DNA from: Neolecta irregularis DAH-3
Taxonomy: Eukaryota
Direction: 5' to 3'
DNA length: 34,655 nucleotides
Assembly (NCBI GenBank): GCA_001929475.1
Contig: LXFE01003412.1
Location: 1 to 34,655, forward strand
Positions 1 through 12,484 of the stretch are shown here, one piece after another. Both the position numbers and the translations under genes were made by a program. Below the pieces are notes generated by a model. It did no database searches. It was not told where the DNA came from and saw only the letters and a program-made list of their open reading frames with translations. Numbering within the stretch: the first letter of the stretch is position 1; each line of letters begins with the position of its first letter.

Positions 1-203
1 ACCGCTCCGCCGGCGATGGCCGCCCTCGAGACGGCGGGTGCTGCCGCCATCACATCCAGCGTGCTAGCGCGCTCCGCCTCTCGGACTTCCCGCGGTCCCT
101 TCTCGCGATTCGCACAGCGGTGCCGTTCAGATCGAAACCCTCGCGCTGACCCACACATGCCGCATGACGTAGCCAGCAAACACAGCCATCCCTCTCGTCG
201 CAA

Positions 204-570
204 CGTGTCTCCTCAGCTTCGCAATCTCGCCCGGTCCGCAGGTGTCCCTCCTCCATCCTGCATCCTTGGAACCCACCAGCCGTAGAGAACACCTCAACCT
301 GTCGCGCTTTTCAGCAACTGGCAACCCCGGAAATTCTCCGGCAAATCGTATTCTTGCACATCGTCCCCGCAATTTCCTGCATATCCCGAGATNNNNNNNN
401 NNGCGTGTCTCCTCAGCTTCGCAATCTCGCCCGGTCCGCAGGTGTCCCTCCATCCTGCATCCTTGGAACCCACCAGCCGTAGAGACTGTCGCGCTTTTCA
501 GCAACCGGAAATTCTCCGGCAAATCGTATTCTTGCACATCGTCCCCGCAATTTCCTGCATATCCCGAGAT
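204..570. repeat. Near-identical direct duplication (204-392 and 404-570) flanking a 10-N scaffold gap
   Basis: Both copies run cgtgtctcctcagcttc...atatcccgagat. They differ only by indels of 3, 10 and 9 nt. N-run at 393-402. Probably an assembly overlap or haplotype artefact. Confidence 0.9.
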
Positions 571-603
571 AATGCTCCTCGTGTCGCTTTCTCAAAAGAG
601 TAG

Positions 604-1253
604 TTGCTTTCTGCAAAAGTCCCACCAAGACCCGAAACTTGCCAACCGCGAAATTCCCCGGACATTTGCTCTATTGACACGCAACAGCGCACAGAATATG
701 TCTCACAGACTCCCGAGATCCAAGACTGCCGGCCGTGCCAGCAAGATCAGATCATTCTTGACCGTTATGACGACCCGAAATTAATATTCATATTATAGAA
801 CACTGTTTTGATGTTTTATTCCAAATGGAATTTTTGCAAAATGGTATGGTGTAGTGTTCTCCCTTTGCCTGCTTGCTAATATGAACTTTCAAACAAACTG
901 AACACTCCGCATTAGCCTCAATACAACCATTGCCTCGCTGCATTTACACCTTGGCGCAGTGGGACCCCAACGGCAGTGTCAAGCAAACTATCCCCCCTCT
1001 CCGAGCCGCCCTTGGGCTCTCACCATCTGATTTCGTGACACACAGGGTTATGAACTCAAGACGCGTGGAGGTTACAAGACCTTGGATCAATGTCATTAAT
1101 TTGCGACTGCACGATGAGATCTTGCATAGATTTTCATTAAACATGTTCTATGCAATGAGCGCCCTTAATTATGAAAAGTCGCCGATCTTCACTCCCCGTT
1201 TCGTGTCCATCATCGCTCAAAACAGAGCGACTCGAGAAACCCTCCTGGCATAA
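604..1253 (+). CDS. 3' part of a hypothetical multi-exon protein (5' end obscured by the gap)
   Basis: ORF 604-798 joins ORF 930-1253 through GT-AG introns at 764-798 and 844-915, giving ...DQIILD-QHCFDVLFQMEFLQN-ASIQPLPRCIYTLAQW... No recognisable family. Confidence 0.35.
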
Positions 1254-1359
1254 TAGGGAATAGTTTTACTCAAAAGCTGCAAATAATAAATAGAAAACAG
1301 AGTGATCTTGACAACCACAACACCTAATGCGCAATAATGATCCACACTAGCAACAGAAA

Positions 1360-3239
1360 TTAGGATACCAGTGCCATAATCCTCATTCCAAGGTCATCTG
1401 CCTCGCTTCTGGTTTTAGCTTCCGCGTATATTCGGACTAGATCCTCGGTCCCCGAAGCCCTATCTTATCAGGTTGGTTCACACAGACGGCTTACCGGACG
1501 AATGCTCTTCCATCACTATATTTAGCCACAAGCTCGTCGATCTTTTCTTGGAGGCCTTCAGGCTTTACCAGCTTGCGTTCAGCATCAGTGGTGACGAACA
1601 GACTTTGATCTTTGACAACTTTCTTAAATAACCGGTTAGGTAGGTCTGTATACGCCGAATCCCATTCGCTGGGCCCCCATCCTTTTGACGCAAGGATGGC
1701 CTCAACTAAAAGGAGATCAGACAAAGCGTCTCCAACCGTTTGGTTGATGAGATTGCTTAGCCCTCGAAGAGATTCCAAAGCAGAATGTTGGGCCGGTGAC
1801 GACGCTTCGTGGGTCTCCAAAAGAGCAAGAGCTGTGGGACTAAACAAAACTGTACCATGGCCATTGGCTTCAAAGTATATCCCGATATCGTATCGTTGGG
1901 CAGCATGATGAAGATGCTTAACGCCCGTGGCAACACAAGTCACTGGAAGTTTCTGTTCGTGAGTATGACACAGGATGTATATTTACCAAGGTCTTTGTGA
2001 GATAATTTGTAGAGTTCCCATTTGCATATGCGGTCTGTACAATTCCGATCTTCAAGTCGATACCAGCAGACTTTACTAGATCCTGGAAAAACATGGCGGC
2101 TAGCCCGGCGATTTTATCGCCATCCAATAAGCGAAACGATCCATCTGGAAATTTGTACGAATAAAATGCCTAGTACACGTACCCTGTCCGGCGTAATAGT
2201 AGATTATGCGATCAGCATCTCCGTCGAGACTCGCATGTCTTTGGAGGGGAGTCAGTTTGGTTCCTGGAGGCGGTTTCTGAAATGTTTTCACAAAATCTGC
2301 GCCACACTATACCGGGATCAGATTGGCATAGTGGCTTGGATCATGCCTGACGGTTCAAGATATCCGGGTCACTGACATCATCCTGCGTAATGACCAAGTC
2401 AAGGCATTCTTCTCCAAGATACTTCTTCAATTCGCGTAGCTTGGGCCCTCCTACACCGTTTGCACAGTCGACATAAACTGTAGATCCTCTTGGCTTTTCT
2501 TTTAGCAATTTTCGAAAAGCAATCGAAAGTTTTTGATAGTAGCCACTTTCCGTGGGTTCTCCATAAGGCGATACCGTTCCGACAGTGTTGAGAGCTCGAA
2601 CGAGGTAATGCAACTGTGGAGTAGTCTTAACTCCATGGTCTGTAGAAGTAGCGCCAATTGCATCGAGTGCATCCTTCAGCGTTTGAGCCAATACCTCTCC
2701 AGAAGGTCTTTAGATCAGCAAAACACCAAAAGAACAAAATATACCTCGTATCCCTTGCATATATTACATTCATTCCTCCTTGCATATCGATTTTAGTAAC
2801 TTTTACGATCTTTTCAATCTCTTTTTGTAGTTCCTCGTCTGTCTCTGCATTGGCCAGACTCGTTACATATGTCTCCCAACTTTTTTCTAGCATTCCACCC
2901 TGAGGATCAACCAGTTTGATTCCATTATCCTATCACTATTACAAATTATGGGATGATGGAGTTTTCACCGGAGCAGGATTGTGGCTCGCGGTGATCATAA
3001 CTCCAACAGTTTGTCCATTTAACTTGCGGGATCGCAAAGCAGCGGATAATCCGACTCTATATACGACTGAATCCAGAAAATCGGCCCTATTTGAAACAGT
3101 CAGTCATACAACAATAGTCTTTTCAAAAAGAAAAGCTGGCTTACTGCATTCGAAACCCAGCTGTTCCATAACTAAATGTCGCACCCTCAGGCTTTGGATG
3201 TCGCAGCGAAGCACTGATGATATTTCCAATGTTTTTCAT
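1360..3239 (-). CDS. AGM1: Phosphoacetylglucosamine mutase (N-acetylglucosamine-phosphate mutase), 8 exons
   Basis: Spliced translation shows YGTAGFR, catalytic [22 protein letters not shown], metal loop [15 protein letters not shown] and phosphate-binding FVRASGTED. Seven short introns, including GC-AG at 2307-2346. Confidence 0.97.
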
Positions 3240-3344
3240 GTAGTGTAGATGTTATTGAATGACCTGGTCCAAGGCGATGGCTTGATTTAAAGGAAGGCGG
3301 CTAACCAAAGGGAGTGAGTGGGTGGGTACCCAAGGAGGTTCGAA

Positions 3345-5271
3345 ATGAGTGCAATAAATACATTCTTCCGACAAACTAGAATTCCTGATATTCTCTACCT
3401 GCCTCAGCCATATAGCAACCACCTATTCTCGCAAATTAAAAAGGTTCGTTTGCATCAGTCTTTCTTTTGAGGGCTTGCATTCTTATGATGAACACGTTAG
3501 GGGCCAGCTGAATCAGGTTGTGCTCCTGTCAAGAAGATACAACTGTCATGATCTCCGAAACCTGACAATCATAAAATTAATCTGTTCTGAGGGATTCAAG
3601 TCTCCTATTTTCAAAACTTTCTTTCTGGAAGCACTAGAAACTGATAGTCCAGGGTATATTCGTTATCAATCTAGGAATCAATAACTTCACTACTAATTTC
3701 ATTGTCTTTTTCTGAGATACAATGGAGATACGACTCGATTTTGACTTCCTTTCGGTGTCCTTAGTCTCAATGAGCAGTACTCTAACATTTGACGAATAAC
3801 TAACGAGCGACGGGACTAAACTCTATCACGTTGCTCAAGAAGACTTTGTCAATATCCGAATACCCAGCCGTAGGCTTGGCGGAATTTCAAACTAGCCAGA
3901 TCAGCTTACTTCACATCAATCTTTCAAAGACGGGAAATCTAGTCTAAACGCCCGTTATGACGGCCTTGTATATTAATTATCCATTCTACAATCAATCATA
4001 TATCTATTTATAAACGCTTTCTCGGAGCAGGGCCCAACATTCCTACTTCCGGGCAGGTTTTGACGGTGCTTCGATATCCATCGCAACGTAGTTTGCTGCA
4101 AATCGACAACTCTAAGTTAATATTATCTTTGAACATGGGAAAGAGGTTTCAACTTATATTTAAATTATTTGCGGAGGAACTTGATGTTTTGAGAATCCGC
4201 ATTTGACTTCTCTGGAGCGATCCAGTAAAATTTGAACAAGATACTTGAAATTCAAGAAATCTTGGATGAGTGCAACACGTCGCAATTACTGCACAAGAAT
4301 TCTACTTCCAAAGCAATTATTTGCTTGCCAGGCAAGCAGTGCATCTTCAAATGAAGATGTGAAACACTAAGAGAGATTCGGGCTGCACCAGCGAATCAAA
4401 TTATAAATATTGTGTTCATACCGGGCGAATTATGGGTCTAAACCGATTGTTTAGAAGTTTCTCACATCAGAATATGAATGGTATTCAATAAATTGAACAG
4501 CTGTGCACTGATGTGTCTATTTGGCCTGAATCAGCAGAGAAGCATTATAAGATACCCTTCAAAATAGAAAGAAATCCCTTGCCTTAGTGCTTGACCAATC
4601 CATATCTACGATTCTCGCATACGGCTCAATGGCGTCCACCTTGTATATGACTTCAATCTTCGAGTTAAATCCTGTATTTCCCAAGCACTTCAAAAATGTT
4701 AACGATTCAGGTTCCAGATGTAAATAATTATAAGAACCCAAGGAATAGATCTTCTCAATGTAATTCATTCATTGAAACATATTGTAAAGGTGTTGAAACG
4801 CCTATCATTCGACAGCCAAGAAAAGTTCCCAGTACGATACTTTCCTAGAAATAGAACAAATTACCGATCAACTTAGCAAGATCGCCCAGAGTTTCACGAA
4901 AACAAGCCGCTTTACCAAATCCAAAGATTCCGACGCTGTGCGTCAAACTAAAACCAGTATCTCCGCGAAAGAGAAATCGGAATGGGAGCAAAATACCCCA
5001 ATCCATAACCCTTTTGCGATCATCCTCTTCCTGCTCAACAATCAGGCCTCATGGTTCCAGAGACAAATCAACGGACACATGCGCAGCCGAAATATCGAAA
5101 GCGCTTCACACGGTTACCGGTGAACAAATACACGGCAATGATTTGATTGAACCTGAAACGATTGGTGAACCAGGAACACGATTATGGAACGCAAAGATTA
5201 ACGCCAGAAGACTGGCTAGAGAGGTTGATATAGCCGAGTTTTTGCGACTAGAAGCTTTATTCTGTCGTTAA
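3345..5271 (+). pseudogene. Probable decayed coding relic of unknown family
   Basis: ATG at 3345 diverges from AGM1. Protein-like frames (MSAINTFF..., MEIRLDFDFL...FDE*LTSDGTKLYHVAQEDFVNIRIPSRRLGGISN*PDQ..., ORFs 4938-5123 and 5014-5271) are broken by stops and frameshifts, with intron-like segments. No continuous model found. Confidence 0.3.
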
Positions 5272-5531
5272 GCCTGTGAATAAATTATAGATATTGTAAA
5301 TATCTTTGGGGAGGATTGGTATTATAACAAACTTGTATCCGGCAGATCAAGGACCAGTACAAAAAGATTGACGAAGATGTCCAAACTTTCAAGCCTATAA
5401 GTTTCAGGATCCAGAGAAAATTCTTCATAGATGGGAATATATTGTGGGAGCGTAGGGTACTGCAAAGAGAGAAAAGATTTGGAGATCTGATTCAACTCAA
5501 TACATATGTAGCATCCAATCTATTGTACTGT

Positions 5532-6043
5532 CTATACGACTTTCTTGTCGTTAATAGCGAGTAACTCGACTTCGAAGACTGAGGGAGATTACTAGATGAA
5601 AGATAAAAGGAATTTGTACTTAGAGTAGCATTGGAAGGAATAAGCCCAGGGAAGCTAGGGAATCAGAGACGCTGGACCAAAAGTGAATCATACCCCTGTT
5701 CGCCGTAGGCGTAGTCACCAGTAATTGTAAGCCTGGCCTTCTCCCCAAGACTCATGGTAGGGACACTTTCATCCCAACCTTTAATGACTTGGCTAACTCC
5801 GATTTTGGTCTGAAAAGGCTTTCCTCGATCGACAGAGGAGTCAAACTTCTTGCCGCTTTCAAGTGTTCCGATATAATGCATTTGGACACTGCGAAAAGTC
5901 AGTCAACGGATTTATAGGTTATGGCTCTCTACGTATCACCGCTCTTTGGGTAGTCCGTTTCATTACCGATCTAAATATCAGTCAGCACTTCCTATCGTTG
6001 GTATATCAGTACATACTGCAATTATCTCTTTTGTGACACCCAT
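5532..6043 (-). CDS. FPR1: FK506-binding protein 12 (peptidyl-prolyl isomerase), 5 exons
   Basis: Spliced: [62 protein letters not shown]...[33 protein letters not shown]. All FKBP12 signature motifs present; four GT-AG introns. Confidence 0.97.
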
Positions 6044-6355
6044 ATCGATGATAGATTCTGTCGAGGAATACGGAAGGAAGACACGAGGTCGAGTCTTAAA
6101 GTAGCAGGCAGAAAAGCCTTACACCATATGACGATGCAATTGCAAAACTCCATGTTATTTAAGATACAACGCACGAGATTTCTTTATGTATACTCAGTTA
6201 TATCTATTATAACTACATTTAAAGGAAAACTGTTACTGAAACGAAGGAAAAAAACCAAAAGAAATAAAACGCTGTCCTCGAGGTCGATAAAGCATACGCC
6301 AACCAACCAAACTATATACATATTAATGAGAATAAACTCCCAGTACAAAAATTAT

Positions 6356-9300
6356 TTATGTTTTTCTTGATCTTCGTAATGAAACAGCTGGCTTGGTGGC
6401 AACAGCTTTTGTCTTTCGATCTGTAGACAGCTCGGTTTGAGTGTTTGTTGTATTTCGTTTACGAGTTTTGGCAACAGGTTCTTCAACTTGGGAAGCTGAT
6501 TCAATCCCTCGCTTTCGTGAGACTCGTTTAGACATAGGCTTATCAGCAAGAATATGGTCTTCAACAGGAATTGTCTTTCTTTCTGTCGCCTTTTTCCCTC
6601 GAACGTTGACTGAAATCTTTGTTGACAAATTAACAGCGTCCGCTTCGGAAACAGGTTGCTTGGCTTTCCCATGACGTTCCTTCGTTAACACAAATCCTTT
6701 GACAACCTGTTCTTCCACTTGTTGAGATGACGACGGTTCGACCTTCCTTGCTCTTCGAGAACTGCGCATAGTCCCCTGTGTAGATTCTTCGAGAGTAGTC
6801 AGCTCAAGTTCTGGTTCCTGAGCTAGGGCAGCTTTTTTCCCACGACCATGTTTCGTTGTAGGTTTTGTTGACACAACAGTAGATTCGGCACCTTGTGATA
6901 CCTCAAGAATGGGGCTGGGAGCGCTTTTATTTCGTGCATTTTGATCTAAATCCATTGGAACTTCATCAGATGTCTTTAATGCTGTAGCACGTTTGCGCCC
7001 ACGAATTGGTTTAGTGGCCGACTCGGCAGATTTGATTACTGCTTGGCCTTTCTCAGAAAAATCGCTTAGCCGTCGCAAACAAGCCAATTTAGCTGGTGGT
7101 TTTAGACTAGGATCTTCAATCACGATACGCTTACGACCTCGACCTGCTCTCTTCGGAGCTTCTTCGAGGACTAGAGGATCTTCAGATAGGGAGTCCAGAT
7201 GCTTTAGCTTCTCTTTTCGACTGCGAGTAGTCTTTTGGGGCTGACTAGAGTAATCTTTTGCTTCAGCAGGCTCTGCTATAGTGTCAACGAGAATCTTGGA
7301 GCCCGCCACATCAGCTTTCCTTCGACTGCGGTCGCTCTTTTGGGCAAATTGAGTAGCTTCAGACGGCTCAGTTGTAGGAGTAAAAAATTCATTCTTAGTT
7401 TGACGTCGACGGTGACTGGTGGCATTTTCAGGAAGTTCTTCAACCACAGAATTATCCCCGGTTAGATCAACGACATGGTTGTTATCCAGCGGTCTTCTGG
7501 ACGTTCTCTGGTTCGCCGAATTAGATTTATTTGTACCTTCCACTCCAATGGATTCAAACTCTTCTTGCTGAGGCAGAGGCTGATCTTTGGCTTCTTTTCC
7601 GCGTCTGGTGATCCTGTTCGAGGCCTTGCGCAAGGCAACTGGCCTACGAGTCGATACAGGCTCCGTTAAGACTAGAGACAGCTTCTCTAGTGGAGTTTCT
7701 TTCTCATGGACGGAGTCTGCCGAAGGCATCTCATTTGCTGTTTGTAGACGTTCTGATTGGTTATTCGTAGTTCTTCTTGAAAATCGATCGCGGCCTTGTT
7801 TCGCGGGGACCGACCCTATGACTGAATTATTCTCTGCCTGGACAACGTCCACTGTTTCAGGTTGTGGAGAAAGTTCAACCTTCTCTGCTCGTGGCTTTCT
7901 TCCACGACGTCTAGAGGTCTTCTTCGCTTTGTCATCAGTTGAAGGTTGTGATAAAGCCCTTTGTGAAGTCTCGATGTATGGTGACGACTGAGCGGCGCGG
8001 CTACGACGAGATATCCTCGAGTTCAACTCGGCTACTGTATTTTCCTCGATGTGATCTTGAGTTTCAACAAAAACTTGAGAATCATCTGAAGACAAATGTT
8101 CCAGAGGAGTTTCAGATCCGGGTTCTTTCATTCTTTGAACATTTTCACCGACTTCTTCGGCGGAAAATCCAGTAGTCGTGACTTCCACAACAATCTCGGG
8201 TTGTGGTAAGGCCACCTTTTTGCCTCGCGTACGTTTTTTGCGGGGTTTGGACTCAACCACTACGACAGGTTGATTGGAAGGCTTGGTGGGATTACCTCTA
8301 GAAGTCGCTATACCTCCACGTCGAACGATTTCATTAGTCTGTTGAGCAGGAGTTGAAGCATTGTTAGGTTCGGTTTGCCTTTCTTTCATATCGACTACAG
8401 GCGAAGAACCCGTTCTTTTTTCGAGATTCTTCCGCGTTGAAGTTGAAAGTTCGCTTTCAAGGCTTGACTCTGTATCCGAAAGCGGGCGACTAAGACTGTC
8501 TCTGATTTGCGAGGGGGGTTGAATCAGCAAAGGAGACCCAACTTCGACGGTTGCTTCTTCGCAAGTCTCTTGTATAATCATTTCACATTGAAACGTCAAT
8601 TCCCCTTCAAATTTGCCTTCAATGATGTCATCCGGTTTTTGAGTGATTTCTTCTACGATTGCTGACTGGGGTATATCGGTGGAGTGAAAAACATGTTCTT
8701 CATTCCTCTCCAGCTGTTCCGTGATATTATCTTGTCCTTGCTGAATTTGCTCCATTTCTAGATACTTAGCAACCTTGAAGTGTTTGGATTCACCTTCAGC
8801 TGCTTCCAAAACTTGGAGTTCCCCACCAATAATTTTCTCGGGAATAAGTGCTTCCTGAATTGCCGGTTGTTCTTCTATAGGCGTCTCCAGAATGCGATCG
8901 TCAGTAGCCGACAAACCAGTCAATGCACTTTCTTCGATAGTATCTTGTGTCATCTCAAGTGCCTTTTGTGTTAACACAACACGGGGAATCTTCATACCTC
9001 TTCAAAAGTGTTTGGAACTTGCACAGGAGCGACTGCCGGGGCTTCTTCACCCAACTGATTGCATAAAAGCTCAAAGCTCTAAATAATCAGTAGCCCAAAT
9101 GCACATGAATACTTACATCTTCGTGTGCACTCGGGGCTTGGTACTGTTCAACCACCTCTGCAGCGACTGGACGCTCACATCCGTGTTGCGCTGCTTCGTT
9201 ATAGTTCTGATCGGTATCATCGTGGGTTTCTTCGTAGAGTACATTCTCGTTTTTATGTTCATTTCCAACGTGCTGGATAGATGAAGTGTCATTAATCGCA

Positions 9301-12300
9301 GCGAGAATATCTGATCCCGTAATCGAGATGATTGAATCATTTGCTTCATCAGTAAACTCGTGCACTGCTGTAGACTGTCGAGCGATTTTAGGTAACGGTG
9401 AGAGTAGACTCTGTACAATCTCATCCCCAGCACTCTGTATAATGTTAGCCTTTGCACGACACAACATGAGGTACGTTGTCTTCTGAGAAGGTAAAGGAAA
9501 TATTATCCTCATAAACTGACTTGGGGACAGTTTGCATTGGTTCCTGGATTACAGCAAACTGTTGTTTGAGAGGTGAGGAAGTCTTTTTAGTAGGAACAGC
9601 AGCAAACTCCACTGTTTCAGAGATCACTTGATTATCGGTCGCAGGACCAGCAGATGCATGCGCAGGCAAGGACATTCGAGGTGTCATCTGCAATAGAGCG
9701 GCAAATTGAGGAGTGCTTTCCCTTCGGTCGACATCTGCAACAGCAGGAAAAAGAAATCTCTGTGTAATGGTCTCGTTCCTATTAGCCGCTGCATTCTTTC
9801 GAGGACTTATTTGTGGGTCAAATGACTCTCGTACAGGTCGAGATGTGAAGCTAGACTGAACTGAATTAGCTGTCAAGTTTCGCGGGCTTCGACGGCTGGA
9901 GTTTTGTTGATAATGGGGTTCTTCAACAGGTGTTTGTTGACCAGGTAATGAAGAAGTCACTGGTGACTCGAATAGAAGTGGATTGTCGGAAACTATACGA
10001 GGGCTAACTCGAGTTGATGTAGATTGATTGACCGGTACTTGGAAGGGAGACGAGCTAGGTGTTTCCTCCGTTAAAGAAATTGGAGTCGATGCTACCTTTC
10101 GAGGACTTGCTCGATTTGGAGTGGATGATGGGTGTTCAGTGTGTTGCTTTCGTGGACTTGGTCGCGAGAGTACTGAAGATTCTGGGGGTTGATAAGATGC
10201 TGCTTTTCGTGGACTCAATCGAACCGGTGTCAATTCAATCGGTGCCAAGGAAAGTGCAATTGGCGAGGAATGCTTGCGAGGGCTCGTGCGAGGAGTAGCT
10301 CTCGGTTCTTCCCCGAAAAGTTCTTGGGAGAGATACTCTCTGCTTTGCTGCAACTGTTCAACCTCAATCGTATGTCCATCAATCGGAATATGGTCATCCA
10401 TATTTTCCACAAGTTCATGATTAGGGACTTCTGCTGCTGAATGGACAGGGGTATTTTTCAACGGGCTGCTCTTTATAGGACTTCTTGTCCTTAATTTTTT
10501 GAATCGCCTATCAGCATCGCCAGGCGTGCCACGGGTTCGTTTCGAAACGAGCGGTGCAGGTGGACTTCCCTGGATGAATCGCCGTTTTCGAGGACGGCCA
10601 GAATCCATAGGGGTTGATGCAGCTCGTTTCTGTCCTGCAATGGAGGGAACTTCACCGACCGGACTTTGCGGTCCGGGGGCAAACTGAGAGCGAGAAGACG
10701 AGGGTCGCTTGAACACATGCTCTGTATTATCAACATCTGAAGATTCTTTGAGATGAAGATCCAACAAATCTGCATATGGAGAAGGTATCGATCGAACGTC
10801 AAAGTCGGAATCCTTGAGCACCTTGAATGAAGAATCCTCATCTTTGAGTTTCAATATGCTATTATTCTCAGCCTGAAGCGACTCGTCCAGTTCTGCAGCT
10901 AAGTCATTCATATCGGATGAATTGGAGGTCACGGAATCGGTTCGTTTAAAGCGAGCTGGTGCAATGCGAAGGGAAGCAAGATCCTCAGCCTTGGAAGACT
11001 TCTGTCCAATCATAACTGGATAACTGTTTTCGTCGGTCTCGGTTTGATCGTAAATTCCTAGCTTTCTTCGTTCCTCTTGGGACAATTTCTGGAAAAAGGC
11101 CGGCGGTGTCACTCCTGGTAGCCGCGGGAGAGAAGGTTTTGCAAGGCTTGGTTTGAGAGCAGGTACTCCTCGTGGTGTTGATTGTGGATTATATTCACCT
11201 GCACCAACGCTGGGATTGTTATATGTGGCAGCATTGAGAATCGTGTTATCAATGCTCGGCGACAAAGAAAGCGATTGTCGAAGGCAAAATTCTGGAAGAA
11301 TAAGACTATGTTCGCCAGCCCCAGATGATGGTGAATCCTGAGCAAGATTGGTAACCTGCAGTCTGGATGGGGATTGCGGGTTTCTTGAAGGAACTGACCA
11401 TTTGTTCCCTGGCGAAAATGACAAGGACCTCGCAGGACTAAGTGTCACCTCGGGGATAGACGAATTAGCTAGTTCGAGTTTCGCAACACGCGCGTCATGC
11501 GGGATTTCGAGAGGCTCAACACGGGCAAGAAAAGGCGAAGATGGGATTTCTGCTGGTATATCATCTTTGCGAGATGAATCCTTATAGGCTTCATAACTTA
11601 AAGGGTGCTCGTTTGATGAAAGGCTGGTTCCGCAAAGAGATTCGACGTTTGGTTTATTGACTGGTTTCCGTGAGGTAGGCAAGGAGGCCAGCGATGGAGA
11701 TCGAATGTTTCGAACGAGAGGACATGTCCTTGTCTCAGCTATACGCAAAGCCGGAGAAGCCAACCGGGGGGTATGAGTCGAAGCAGCTGCTATAAAAGGC
11801 GACGAAGTGGGAGACTCATCTTCTCTAGCATCTCGTGGAGTCTTCGCAGCAGGACAATGGGCCTTTGGAATCAGTAGTGAATCCATAGAAGGACTATACA
11901 AGCCTGCGAGGGGAGATGCGTACTGGAGACAAACTCTTTAGATCTGCTGGAGTGGCTTGTAGAGAATTGTTCTTCAATTTTTTAGTAGAATACTCGGTGG
12001 AGAAATATGTACCGTTTTGAGAGAAGGTGACAATGGTCTCGTGATAGATTTCTTGGGCGAAGGCGTCATCTTCAATGTTAGGCTATTGTCAATAATATGG
12101 GAATTTACCAAAAAATGTTTTCGGTTATCTGAATATGTAAAGCGAAATTCGTGGTCAAAAATAATAATCACGTCATTGTCATTGAGCACCCTTGATTGAG
12201 TTTGTTTGAGGGCAACACCGTTAATTTGAATATCATTTGAACCGATGTTTGAACAAGTAGCCTTTAGCTAATCAATGTGCGTCCTTATGAAGACATACAA

Positions 12301-12484
12301 CCTGTCCCCGTTTATCAAAATTGATCTCGCATTGTCGATCTGAGAGATAAGGACTCTTCCACATTTTAACGTCGCATTCAATATTCTTGCCGAAGGTAGT
12401 TTTTGCGCGTTTCAAGTTGAAGGTTTCATTCTCTTCGTCCGAGTTTATGATGTGTAGAGCGCCATAGTGATCGATGTCGGTCAT
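6356..12484 (-). CDS. ~1,954-aa N-terminal FHA-domain protein with long low-complexity body (Ki-67-like architecture), 8 exons
   Basis: Introns at 12262-12301, 12070-12108, 11972-12012, 11904-11934, 9435-9474, 9079-9116 and 8963-8997 (all GT-AG, 31-41 nt) join the ORFs into a 5865-nt frame. N-terminus FGKNIECDV...SDRQCEI...QING...LNDNDVIIIFDHEFRF is FHA-like. Confidence 0.8.
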
